From positions 45,014,001 through 45,078,000 of the forward strand of contig OZ249436.1 in assembly GCA_965235115.1 (NCBI GenBank): 64,000 nucleotides of DNA, given 5' to 3'. Below are positions 39,781-51,844 of the stretch, piece by piece. The notes beneath the pieces were generated by a model. It had not been told where the DNA came from. It was given only the letters and a program-made list of their open reading frames with translations, and searched no databases. Every line of letters starts with the position of its first letter. Position 1 is the first letter of the stretch. The translations under genes were made by a program, and so were the position numbers. Source of the stretch: Laetmonice hystrix (Eukaryota).

Positions 39781-40885
39781 CGGTAGGGGACTGCTCCGTG
39801 ACCATTGCTCGCTCCCTTCTTTTACTGCACCAGAAGCAGCAGCAGCGGCAGAAGCAGCAGTGGTATCGTAGTTCAGTGAGGGGGGGGGGGGCGTTTCATT
39901 ACTCACAGGAAATCTCCAGCCACTTGTGACAGATGATTTATTGTGTCAAGTGGGATAACGGGTTGCAAGCCGTTGTGAGGGGGTGGGCGGGGGAGGGGGT
40001 CCTTGGATGCCCTACCCCGCCCAGGAAGATGTGTGACGGATACGGCAGCCTGAACCCCCATTGTTGGCCCCCTCTGTATCCGTCACACCAGACACTGGTG
40101 GCGTGAAATGCTGACGTCAGAGCCTTTTAATTAGAGAATTTTCAGAATTTAATTTTAAAAATCATAATTGTACAAATACACCGTACCTGTTGCATACCGT
40201 AGAAGTACAACGTTGAGAGATTCTGGAGCTAATCGCAATCTCCTACTAGTCTAGAAACCTACTTTATTTATCGAAACAAGCTGTTTGAACTTTGCCTTAG
40301 GTGCCGCTTCCTCTTCAAGCTAAAAACTGTGGGCCTGGCCAGCTGGAAGTGTGTGGTGTTGGGTGTTGTAAGGGGGAAGTGATCAGACAGCGGCGTACAC
40401 TCATAACAAGCTAGTCCCCAGTATCCCATAGTTAGTTAGGCCCTGAGACTGGAGACGGTTTTTTTTTGTGGCGAGTCACGCCATGTCTCTTGTCACTTGA
40501 CCCGTATTTTGATGAGAATGTACACAGCAGGAGGGTGCGGGATGGAGGAGGGCGGAGGAGGGGGCGGCAGCTGGGGATGCACGGGCTGGGGATGCTGAGC
40601 CCGGCAGAAGTGGCGGGTGGGGAGGTGGGGAGGTGGGGGGGGGGTAGGCCCGTACATTCCTCATCCTGCTCACACGTTGCTAACATTCATCCTTTTCCCG
40701 CTCAACCACATCTCAACCAACTCCTCCTGGAGATGACAGTCCTCCAGTAGTCTCCTCCAGTTGGGGAGCAGGAGAAGGAATGCTCCATGGCGAGTACTTG
40801 TGGTCAGGACATCTGGTTTTGTATTTTCCTGCCGGTTTTTATGAGTGTCGTTTTTTTAATCAAATCGGCGTCGCATTGAGACGCA

Positions 40886-41041
40886 TATCCTGCCCCTATT
40901 GACCATACTTACGTTAGTTTGTGTTATGACTTGGTGTTATCCTGCCCCTATTGACCATACTTATGTTAGTTTGTGTTATGACTTGGTGTTATCCTGCCCC
41001 TATTGACCATACTTATGTTAGTTTGTGTTATGACTTGGTGT
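40886..41041. repeat. 52-bp tandem repeat, 3 copies
   Basis: tatcctgcccctattgaccatacttatgttagtttgtgttatgacttggtgt. Confidence 0.93.
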
Positions 41042-41873
41042 TTGTGTACTAGTACCAAGACGTTTTACCCCGTGGCTGGAAGCCTAGAGTGCTATTCCCG
41101 GGCCAAGGCTTGCGAAGGAATGAAGTGCTATTCCAGTACTTTTTAAGGGCCAAAGCCTGAGTAGTATAAAAAGTAACAATAGTGAAAGAAGGGTCTGGGT
41201 GATATATAATGGGGTTTCTCCAAGGAATGTCATGGGGTGAGGGTTGTAGTTATGACTGACCTCCAGGCTATAGGGTTTTATAGTACTTGATCATAATTTG
41301 ATTCGATCTGTGCTTTGGTCGGACATAGCTGGACAGCCTTTGGTGACCCAGGTACGGAGCGCTGGGGAGGGTGAGCTCGGTGAGGAACGATTCTAACCGT
41401 GTCTGAGAGAGTTTGGGATATGTTGTGTCGGTCAGAGTGGATTGATAAAACCCTCTTGCCGGAGATGGGTGGTGGGGTATCAACCCTGACCCCCAGGTAA
41501 CCTTGCTGACCCCTGCTTGGGGTAGTCACTCAGGCAGGGGACATGGCCACACCGTCTGTATTGTAAACATCCTCAGGCTGAGTGCTACCTAATCCTGTAC
41601 AAACATCAACACAAACCTACTGCATCTAATAAGGATAAGATTGAAATTTTATAAGAACGGCTCCTAAAAATTGTTTGAAAGTTTGTCTGATGTGATATCA
41701 TGGTAGATTTGGTTCTGAAAGCCTTGCATTAAAAGGTCCTCAACATCGCATGGTGTGACAGGGCAGTGACCTGATTGTTACCTGATACTAGATTACATCA
41801 TCACTGATACAGACCCTCGAGCTAGTTTTGAGAAACTTTTCACCACATTGACCAGATGCTGATTTCAGTTTGA

Positions 41874-42041
41874 ACTTTCGTTCACTGAGTGAGGTGACTT
41901 TCGTTCCCTGAGTGGGGTGATTTTCGTTCACTGACTGGGGTGACTTTCTTTCACTGAGTGGGGTGACTTTCGTTCAGTGAGTGGGGTGACTTTCGTTCAC
42001 TGAGTGGGGTGACTTTCTTTCACTGAGTGGGGTGACTTTCG
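41874..42041. repeat. Minisatellite, 23-bp unit, ~7 copies
   Basis: actttcgttcactgagtggggtg. Confidence 0.92.
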
Positions 42042-43084
42042 TGCTGTCAGACAGTCTGGTTCTTGTCACTGTCCGATTGATTAGATTTAACGACCACTTC
42101 GTTCCGCCAATCGCCGTAGACATCTGTTGTCGGCTGTATACAAGGGCAGGTTCACAAGGGATTGCTCCAGGTGCTCAACATTCCCGCTCACAGATTTAAT
42201 TACGAAACCAGTCAGTCGAGTATTAGGAAGCCATTTGTTTAGTTTTATTACTGTTTGCTGATATCGGGTGGTCCGTAGGCAGTCTGCCGTTAATTTCCAG
42301 CCATTCGGGGCAGAGATAGCTGTGGCCTGAAGGCAGTGGACCGCCGCGATATGTCTCGGCTGTGTCTACTCGGGCTTCTTGTAAGCAAAAAGGTTCTTTG
42401 TGAACATTTTCAGGAGTTAAAACAGTCGCAGAGATAAGCGGAAGAGACTGTAATGTCGGTGGTAACTGTATAGTTCTTTATGAGATTGTACTTATCTCAA
42501 AAATAAGAACAGTCAGTGAAGAAAGCTTCATTTACACCAGGGAAAGCTCAGTTCAAATCGCGTTTTTGTAGAGATACCCTAATTTTCTTTTGTTTAGATC
42601 CCGGTGATGTGGGAAACAATGCCACTGATTTTGGAACTGTTCATCTTGTTTTACATTTAGATCTCAGAGAAAGCTCTGGATGGAAAGCTTTAAATCGAAA
42701 TGCTAGAAAAACAAACAAACCTCCACGAACCTCCCCAAACGGGTAAAATAACTCAAGATAAAAATATAATAGTCGACCAAAACCTCCATGGACCTCTCCA
42801 AATGGGTAAAATAACTCATAATAAAAAGATAATTTTCTGAGTGTTGAACCCCATGATATATCTTTTTCCCTAACCCTACTCCTGAGTTTGCAGCCTGACT
42901 CCGGACTGACTGACTGCATCCTGTCAGACTCAGGTACAACAGTATACTTCTCTTCATAGGAGATTTCTCGGCGTTCCCAAGGCGATATAAAGGTGGCGAT
43001 ATGCCAGGTAGTTTTGCCTACCATTCATACATACATAATGTAGACATAAAACATTACGCCAGACAGTTGAGATAGCTGCTGACT

Positions 43085-43389
43085 CAGCTCGGTCCATTGG
43101 TGCAAGCAACGAGACTGGTGCAAGTACGCAGCTCGGTCCATTGGTGCAAGCAACGAGACTGGTGCAAGTACCCAGCTCGGTCCATTGGTGCAAGCAACGA
43201 GACTGGTGCAAGTACGCAGCTCGGTCCATTGGTGCAAGCAACGAGACTGGTGCAAGTACCCAGCTCGGTCCATTGGTGCAAGCAACGAGACTGGTGCAAG
43301 TACGCAGCTCGGTCCATTGGTGCAAGCAACGAGACTGGTGCAAGTACGCAGCTCGGTCCATTGGTGCAAGCAACGAGACTGGTGCAAGT
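43085..43389. repeat. Minisatellite, 44-bp unit, 7 copies
   Basis: cagctcggtccattggtgcaagcaacgagactggtgcaagtacg. Confidence 0.97.
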
Positions 43390-43763
43390 TCTGCCACACC
43401 CGCCACCACGACACGCCCGACAGCAGAGGGCGTCTACTTCGTGGTAACATGGAAGACAATAGAATTTAGTGACAGGTATACCTGGAAATCCTCTCCTAAT
43501 GCAAAGGTTGACCCATTTCTAGAAGGTATTTTAGGATAAGGAATTCCTAACATTCGGCTCATCTCCACCTTTAATCATTAGGATACCCTTGGGGTAGGGT
43601 ATCCTAAAAGTGTTCCTTACAGTCTGATTTCTGTCATTTGTGCATGGTTTACCTTAGCAAAGTGGACCTTTGGAAAGGTTCACCTAACCCTATATTTCAG
43701 GAGTCTTCTAGAATACGGGCCTATAGATTCGGGTAAAGATTAGGATTAGGGTTAGGAAGATTG

Positions 43764-44001
43764 ATATAAGATCACGGACTTCATGCCCTAGCAATGCGAC
43801 GGAACTGTAATATATAAGATCACGGACTTCATGCCCTAGCAATGCGACGGACCTGTAATATATAAGATCACGGACTTCATGCCCTAGGAATGCGACGGAC
43901 CTGTAATATATAAGATCACGGACTTCATGTCCTAGCAATGCGACGGACCTGTAATATATAAGATCACGGACTTCATGCCCTAGGAATGCGACGGAACTGT
44001 A
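43764..44001. repeat. Minisatellite, 48-bp unit, 5 copies
   Basis: atataagatcacggacttcatgccctagcaatgcgacggacctgtaat. Confidence 0.95.
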
Positions 44002-44084
44002 TTTCGGGGATTGCGTGTCCATCGGACCTGCATTCCAAGGGAGACTGTTCCGAACACACACAGCTGAGTTCACCCCGCCCTTAA

Positions 44085-44517
44085 GCCGGCGTCACACTAC
44101 CCGTCTTTTCCCCCGATTCTGCCGTCGGCCGACGTTTTCCGTGTCGGCCGATGGAGTCTGGCAGTGTGACCCTACTTCCGATCCGATTTCGTCGGCGGCG
44201 GGACAAAAAATCGGCGTCGGGCATTTCTTGACACTGTCAAGGAATGTCGTTCGATTCACGTCCCCGATTGTCGGCGTCGGGCAGTGTGACGCCGTTACCG
44301 ACGGAATCTGCAGACATTGTGGTACTGATAGTGGTCACGTGATGGAAACTCAAGGGTCAAGGTCACGGCAAAATGGGGTCAGAAGGATGATCGGTGACGG
44401 AACGCACGTGTCGGGCAGTGTGATCACGCGATCATGTCTGACGTGATCTTATCGGTGAGACTACAGATTCTACAGATTCCGTCGGCCGACACCGGAATCG
44501 GGCAGTGTGACCCCGGC
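44085..44517. mobile_element. 433-bp MITE flanked by TTAA
   Basis: 19-bp TIR with 2 mismatches (gccggcgtcacactacccg / gccggggtcacactgcccg). TTAA at 44081-84 and 44518-21. Internal repeats of ggcagtgtga and ccgtcggccgac. Superfamily ambiguous (TTAA or TA TSD). Confidence 0.8.
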
Positions 44518-44830
44518 TTAAGTCCCGCACCTACTAGACTGTGTATCAAACTGCAAGGTATATTTTTATTGAGCAGGAGAGAAACCCGCAGCCAGCGGAC
44601 ATAAAGAAACCCAGCCTTACCGTATCCACCATCGGTCTGTCTATAGATTATTGCTCTAACTCCAGAACCTCACACCACGGGCTGGGGGAGCTAGCTGACA
44701 GTTTACCTTAACATGACAGTGATGGGATCCCTTACAGTATCGGATTTAAGATCAGGGAGGGTTGGATCATCCAGTCGGCTGTCGCCGACTCCCAACTCTA
44801 CCTTCCCTATCTGCCACATCTCCGTGTATG

Positions 44831-45023
44831 CTGCAAACCGAAACATTTTTGTGGCGTGTAATTTCAGCATTTCTCATTTGGATATGACGCCTAGTGCGTC
44901 TGTTTTCCACAAATTTTCACATTTTGATATGTTCCGTTATAGCAATATTTGCGTGTGTGAATTTTCAAATTTTGTGTGCGTAAAATTTTCACGCGAAATA
45001 CACAAAAGTTTCACACTTTACAG
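44831..45023. mobile_element. Possible decayed MITE (CTGTAAA...TTTACAG type)
   Basis: Imperfect terminal inverted repeat ctgcaaaccgaaacattttt vs ctgtaaagtgtgaaactttt. Internal aaattttc motifs. Confidence 0.3.
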
Positions 45024-45209
45024 GATATTGGCCTAACTGTTACTGTAGCCAAGGTCTGTAGCGATGTACAGATCGTGTTTGGCTGTGGTTGTCAACGTCA
45101 CGTTCCACCTTTACGTCATAAGACTGAGTCACGTGGTATAGGGAGTAACAGACGAAACGTGGAACACCATATGTATCGTAAACAAGAATGGTACCATTCT
45201 TGGCGTAAA

Positions 45210-45469
45210 TATGAAAGATTTCACGAAACTTGGCGATCGAAAATTAATTGCGGATATGTGAAAAAGAATTGTGGCTATCTGGAAAAGAATTGTAGATATC
45301 TGCAAATATTTAAGGATATCTACAATTCCTTTGGAGATATCTTCAAATATTTGAAAAGAATTGCAGATATCCGTAAATATTTGCAGATATCGTGAAAAGA
45401 ATTGCAGATATCTTCAAATATTTGAGGATATCTGTAAATGCTGAATAAAAGTACCAACGGCGTCCCATA
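45210..45469. mobile_element. Truncated fold-back element with GATATC-centred subrepeats
   Basis: Repeated aagaattgcagatatc / gatatcttcaaatatttg units in both orientations. Only one clear terminus (...ggcgtcccata). Confidence 0.45.
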
Positions 45470-46743
45470 CGTATAATAGTCGTCGATAGATATAAATATT
45501 CCGAGTTGGGCGAGCGCGTAACTTCAAGCCCTTGCCTGCCAGCGAATTTATTATTCGTGAACCTTTCGGGCAAATCATGGGACCATTATAGCCAATCAGA
45601 GCACAGCTTTGACGTCACCTAACCTTAACCCTTTGTAGTTGTTCAAACAGGTATATATAAGTCAACTATAATCTATATAAACCTATACATTTGTATTCAT
45701 TCGAAAATATGTAAACAGGGCTCGGGGTCGTACAGGTGAAGATGTAGAGTGGAACTGACCAAAGAGTTTCAGGGGGGAAAATTGGCTGCCTGCCGGTTCT
45801 GGCGCCACTATGCAGACATTATTGTACGGTGTCTGTACGTTATATTAATCACTCGCATTCACAATTGAATGTCGCACGTCAAATGCCGGACCTTAGATGA
45901 CGTCATGTTGGCAACGTATTTTGTAAATAATCAAAATCAATACGTCCTTGTGTCACTGATGCTGGAGGGAGTAATGATTTGTACAGGTTGACACCCGGCC
46001 TATTTGGCATCTAAATGAGACTGGTCACCATAGTGGTATACTCAATACAAAGGTAGTTAAATCATCGTGCCTGAGGGTATGTCTTTGTTGGCCTCGATAC
46101 AGGAACTATGTGCTATACTGGTCGGTTTAAATGACAACTACACACGCAGTTTTCCGCACGGAGATAATGAGCTGTTGGTGTATAACATTATTCTCTGGAC
46201 ATGTAACACATGTCCTTTCTAAGGTAATCTCGACTTGTAACTGGGTTTGGGTTGAGACGCTGACACTGTTGACTGTTATTGAATTTGTTACATGTAAGTC
46301 TCGACAACGTACTTGTGTATCGGGGTATGAGACCGATGTTTCACCCTGTCGTTCTGTTCCTAATCTTCCTGATCCTCAAGCGAGTCAAACTTTCTTACCG
46401 TACAGCCAGTCAGACTAATTCTTCCGGCCAGTCAGACTCCTACAGATCTTACCGAGAATATGTATAACCTCCAGCGTTGTCGGAATGTTCCTGTAATCTA
46501 TAAATATTGGGGGGGGGGGGGGGTCTGAAATCCCACTGTCAGGGGGCAGTTTATAGGGGCGATTATTGATTTATACCCTGGGAAGGTTGGGATTTCATAG
46601 CCCCAGAGTTTTACGAGGAACTCTTGGTGAAATGGGTGGTAGATACGAGTGGAATCTTTGTATGGTCGCCATTTCACGATACTCTCCACACGGTAGACGT
46701 CATATAGTCTTCATTTCACAGTAAAAACACAGTAAAATACCTT

Positions 46744-47510
46744 CGCCATTTCAAAATACAGTCCATACAGTAAACATAGCACAGTGGCCATTTCACAATA
46801 CAGTCCATACAGTAAACATTGCACAGTGGCCATTTCACAATACAGTCCATACAGTAAACATTGCACAGTGGCCATTTTACAAACCAGTCCATACAGTAAA
46901 CATTGCACAGTGGCCATTTCACAATACAGTCAATACAGTAAACATAGCACAGTGGCCATTTCACAATACAGTCTATACAGTAGGGATTGTATAGTCGCCA
47001 TTTCACAATACAGTCTATACAGTAAACATTGCACAGTGGCCATTTCACAATACAGTCTATACAGTAGAGATTGTATAGTCGCCATTTCACAATACAGTCT
47101 ATACCGAAGGGATTGTATAGTCGCCATTTCACAATACAGTCTATACCGAAGGGATTGTATAGTCGCCATTTCACAATACAGTCTATACAGAAGGGATTGT
47201 ATAGTCGCCATTTCACAATACAGTCTATACCGAAGGGATTGTATAGTCGCCATTTCACAATACAGTCTATACCGAAGGGATTGTATAGTCGCCATTTCAC
47301 AATACAGTCTATACAGAAGGGATTGTATAGTCGCCATTTCACAATACAGTCTATACAGTAAACATTGCACAGTGGCCATTTCACAATACAGTCTATACAG
47401 TAAACATTGCACAGTGGCCATTTCACAATACAGTCTATACAGTAGGGATTGTGTAGTCGCCATTTCACAATACAGTCTATACAGAAGGGATTGTATAGTC
47501 GCCATTTCAC
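46744..47510. repeat. Minisatellite, 42-bp unit, ~18 copies, two unit variants
   Basis: gccatttcacaatacagtctatac followed by either agtaaacattgcacagtg or (c/a)gaagggattgtatagtc. Confidence 0.95.
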
Positions 47511-49335
47511 AGTACAATCAAGACAGCAGCCTTTGCCATTCCACGATACAGTTGGTACAGTAGACTTCAGTATTCTTTACAGTAGCCTTTGTATAGTCGC
47601 AATATCACGAGACAATCAATACAGTAGACATTACAGAGTCTCCGTTTCACGATAGAATCTATACAATAGCTGAAGCAGGATCAGGCAGTCGGCCTCCAGT
47701 TTTGAGACGTGCACACGACACGAAGACTCAAGCCGTATATTAATCACACTGTTGTGAAAGGGGGAAGAGTTTCTGTTTCAACATGCCGCTTGTATTTACC
47801 AAAACCCTGGCGGTTCCAGTTGAAGGGGCGATATGTTTTACGTCTGGCAAGCATTTGGTGAAAGTCTTGACCGTCGCCATTGCATGTAGAGCTGAAGGGT
47901 TCAGCTTTCCAGCAATACAAGATATGGGCCCAGGGACGGTGTTGTGCAGCCCTACGTTTTGGTTGTATACGCTGGTGCGGTGAATTTGTAGCCCATCTTT
48001 GTGCGGTCAATCGGGAACCCATCTTTGTCCGTATCTCCGTAGATTTTTTGTTCGTTATGTTCTAACGATATTATCTGTGTTATCGTTACCTCTATGAGAG
48101 TCAAGAACTTGTTGCCGGGCCAGGCCCGAGAGGCGTTTGGATGTTTTCCAAGGTTAATAGGGAGGTCGTTGGTGACGGGCACCTGAGGTTAACCAAATGG
48201 TTGATAGGTGGGGCGGGGACAGACCTGTAAAGTTCGGTTCGGTGCATGTTGGTTGTTCAGAGTTTGGACCTTTTTGAATTTTTGGTGGCCCGTGGGCTTG
48301 CTGAATTTGGTTCCGTTGTAAACAATTTTGTCGGTTTGTGACCGTGTACTAATTGCTGGTAGATTTCTGGGATGCCAAGATACCAGCCGTCAAAGCTGTT
48401 TTCTGGGATGCCAAGATACCAGCCGTCAAAGCTGCTGTTTCCGTGTAATATCATCTAGACACATGAGTCCATCTCAGCCAGTGTGTCAACTGACACAGGA
48501 ACAGTCCAGTCGGTTCTGCAGCGTTAAACGGTGCTGACATCTAGCGGTGACCCCGCGATGGGTGTCTCCCGACAGGGTAATTTAACCCCGTCCCGCCGTG
48601 GGGGGCGGGGGGGGGGTGTTAGGAAGCAGCAAGGGTGGTGTTCTATGGCGAGGGAATATATCATTTGGGTATAGCTCCGACATATCAACAAATACCAAGC
48701 ATTCGATGGTTGTCGGGTATGATTTGTTGGACCGACTTCCACCGTAATTGGTTGTGTATGGGTTGCAAGGGAGCATGAAGAACAAGAAACTCACATCTTC
48801 CCTGTTCATATAATTGTCACATTGCAACTATTCTCAATCCCAGCAGCATTCTGCTAAGATTACCAGAAAATATATTTTCCGTTCCAATTTAAGAAAGGTT
48901 TGTTGTCCCCAAGGTGAGATTCCAGTAAATTGCAGTTAGGATCAGGAGCAGGACTAGGCAAAGGATTTTTTAATTTATTTTCTTTATTTTGTTTGTTGGG
49001 GGGTGGTGGTCTGCGGATGGCCCCTTAGGTTAGATTTGGAGCTAGGAATCCTGCTCGATTTTTAGTTTTCCCCATAATATTCCGTGGAGATTGTTACAAT
49101 AGATTTACTTGGACGAGCAGGTCGTACAGGTCGGGGACCACGTGTTAGAACCTGTTGATCACCTGTGTCCACCTCACATCGAACCATGTGTGTAACCTTT
49201 CAATATAGCAACAGTTCACATCGATGCGTGTTTTTATGTAATCCGGCAGTCAAACCCAGCCGGGCCTTGTCTGCAGATGGTGCAGACTTTACCGACGGTC
49301 GATACAACCAGGGATCAATAGGACATTAGCTGAGC

Positions 49336-49351
49336 GCGCCCTCTGGTGGCA
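49336..49351 (-). promoter_or_regulatory. CTCF-like motif
   Basis: tgccaccagagggcgc on -, a near-consensus core. Confidence 0.5.
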
Positions 49352-49420
49352 GGCGGTAACAATGACTGAGTGAGAATCGATAGGGACAAAGTAAGCCTGG
49401 CGGGTAACGGAAGGACCTGC

Positions 49421-50753
49421 TGATCTAAGATCAATAAGGTCTACAGTATGCACCATGTCTCCTGTAGATCTTAGATCAATAAGGTTATGTCTACAGTATG
49501 CACCATGTCTCCTGTAGATCTTAGATCAATAAGGTTATGTCTACAGTATACACCATGTCTCCTGTAGATCTTAGATCAATAAGGTTATGTCTACAGTATA
49601 CACCATGTCTCCTGTAGATCTTAGATCAATAAGGTTATGTCTACAGTATACACCATGTCTCCTGTAGATCTTAGATCAATAAGGTTATGTCTACGGTATG
49701 CACCATGTCTCCTGTAGATCTTAGATCAATAAGATTATGTCTACAGTATACACCATGTCTCCTGTAGATCTTAGATCAATAAGGTTATGTCTACAGTATG
49801 CACCATGTCTCCTGTAGATCTTAGATCAATAAGGTTATGTCTACAGTATGCACCATGTCTCCTGTAGATCTTAGATCAATAAGGTTATGTCTACAGTATG
49901 CGCCATGTCTCCTGTAGATCTTAGATCAATAAGGTTATGTCTACAGTATGCACCATGTCTCCTGTAGATCTTAGATCAATAAGGTTATGTCTACAGTATG
50001 CACCATGTCTCCTGTAGATCTTAGATCAATAAGGTTATGTCTACAGTATGCACCATGTCTCCTGTAGATCTTAGATCAATAAGGTTATGTCTACAGTATG
50101 CACCATGTCTCCTGTAGATCTTAGATCAATAAGGTTATGTCTACAGTATGCACCATGTCTCCTGTAGATCTTAGATCAATATAAGGTTATGTCTACAGTA
50201 TGCACCATGTCTCCTGTAGATCTTAGATCAATATAAGGTTATGTCTACAGTATGCACCATGTCTCCTGTAGATCTTAGATCAATAAGGTTATGTCTACAG
50301 TATGCACCATGTCTCCTGTAGATCTTAGATCAATAAGGTTATGTCTACAGTATGCACCATGTCTCCTGTAGATCTTAGATAAATAAGGTTATGTCTACAG
50401 TATGCACCATGTCTCCTGTAGATCTTAGATAAATAAGGTTATGTCTACGGTATGCACCATGTCTCCTGTAGATCTTAGATCAATAAGATTATGTCTACAG
50501 TATGCACCATGTCTCCTGTAGATCTTAGATAAATAAGGTTATGTCTACAGTATGCACCATGTCTCCTGTAGATCTTAGATCAATAAGGTTATGTCTACAG
50601 TATGCACCATGTCTCCTGTAGATCTTAGATAAATAAGGTTATGTCTACAGTATGCACCATGTCTCCTGTAGATCTTAGATAAATAAGGTTATGTCTACAG
50701 TATGCACCATGTCTCCTGTAGATCTTAGATCAATAAGGTTATGTCTCCTGTAG
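49421..50753. repeat. Minisatellite, 50-bp unit, ~26 copies
   Basis: gatcttagatcaataaggttatgtctacagtatgcaccatgtctcctgta. Confidence 0.97.
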
Positions 50754-51844
50754 AGACAGTGGGGACGTAAGCCTATACATCTTGTAGAGTTTTCACCAGG
50801 AATGTCAGAAATTAGAGGGGTATTATATTGCCTCACATTTCTTATCCTAGATTATCCTAGCGTATTCACTGTATCTCGGAATATTGATATTATTATCGTA
50901 TATAGTAATACAGATTAGAGTCTCCAGCATTTGTTTGGTAAGACCTCCGTTCTTCCTGACTTCCCACTAGAATGCTGTATGACGTGAGTGTGGTATCTTC
51001 CTTACACAACTAATGGCGCCAGCGTCGGTCACTGAGTATACAGACAGGATAGAAAGGACAGAAACGACAGGACAGAAAGGACAGATAAGCTCTAATTCCT
51101 CGCTATAATCATCAATCAACGAGTATGGATCTACGTAACATGACCTGTCACAGATCTATGCCAGAGTTATACTGATGAGAGATACAGCGCATTACAACGA
51201 CATACGACTGAACCATGAGGTTTCTCAAATTAGTATTGTCATAGTCTTTCCAGTTCAAATTAGGGAATGGCTTCTTTGTTATTGATAAATGTTCAGTAGT
51301 GGTGTAAAGAGACTTGGTTCCCATGTGTCCACCAGCTAGCCTTTCCGACTATTTCTGTGGTTTGGAAGCCCTCCCTCCTGGCGCCATTTTTTTCATGGCG
51401 GACATTTTTACTTGCTGGCTTGTCCCCAAGATTCCCACTCAACATTCATTCAGTGAATATCACTGGGTACAACAGCTGAGTGATGCCCACCCACGGACAG
51501 CGTCTGTGGAATGGTCTGATTTTTACGTTTACGTTTTCACCATTGTGGTTTCGGAAACCATATATAACGCCAGGTTTTGACACAGGTATAAGTGTTGCTA
51601 GAGTACATGTTTAAAGGTAATGTTATAGAAGAAAGCGATTTAACCATGTATTTCATATTACCATTTTCTTTTTCATTTGTTTTTCGTATCACCGTTTCTT
51701 TCAATGTTCCCATGACCCCACCATCCGAAATCAGCATCCCCCAGCAATGGCTACTTTTAGTCACTTTTCCAAGGACCAGACGGAGTCCTTGAGTACAACA
51801 ACTAATGTCAAAGTTCTTAATGATTCCCATTGTGACTATTTCAG

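Larger units (their letters stand above)
1..51844 (+). other. Inferred large intron of the CHSY1-like gene (5' end outside window)
   Basis: Acceptor AG at 51843-51844. No ORF resembling the N-terminal CHSY fringe-like domain (RADDD, FCMGGPG, HEDVE..WSYE) appears upstream in the track. The region is repeat-dominated. Confidence 0.7.

Noticed and set aside
41268..41483. Possible decayed LINE ORF2 fragment (FYQS...LESFLTELTLP)
   Set aside because: The resemblance is too short and weak to support without a profile search.
36211..45632. Scattered ccctaaccc/ttaggg telomere-like hexamers (36212, 37505, 42867, 43683, 43746, 45618)
   Set aside because: At most two units each, so not an interstitial telomeric array.
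47744..48182. Coding-looking minus-strand frames, possibly a retroelement remnant
   Set aside because: No recognisable motif, and the frames are interrupted.
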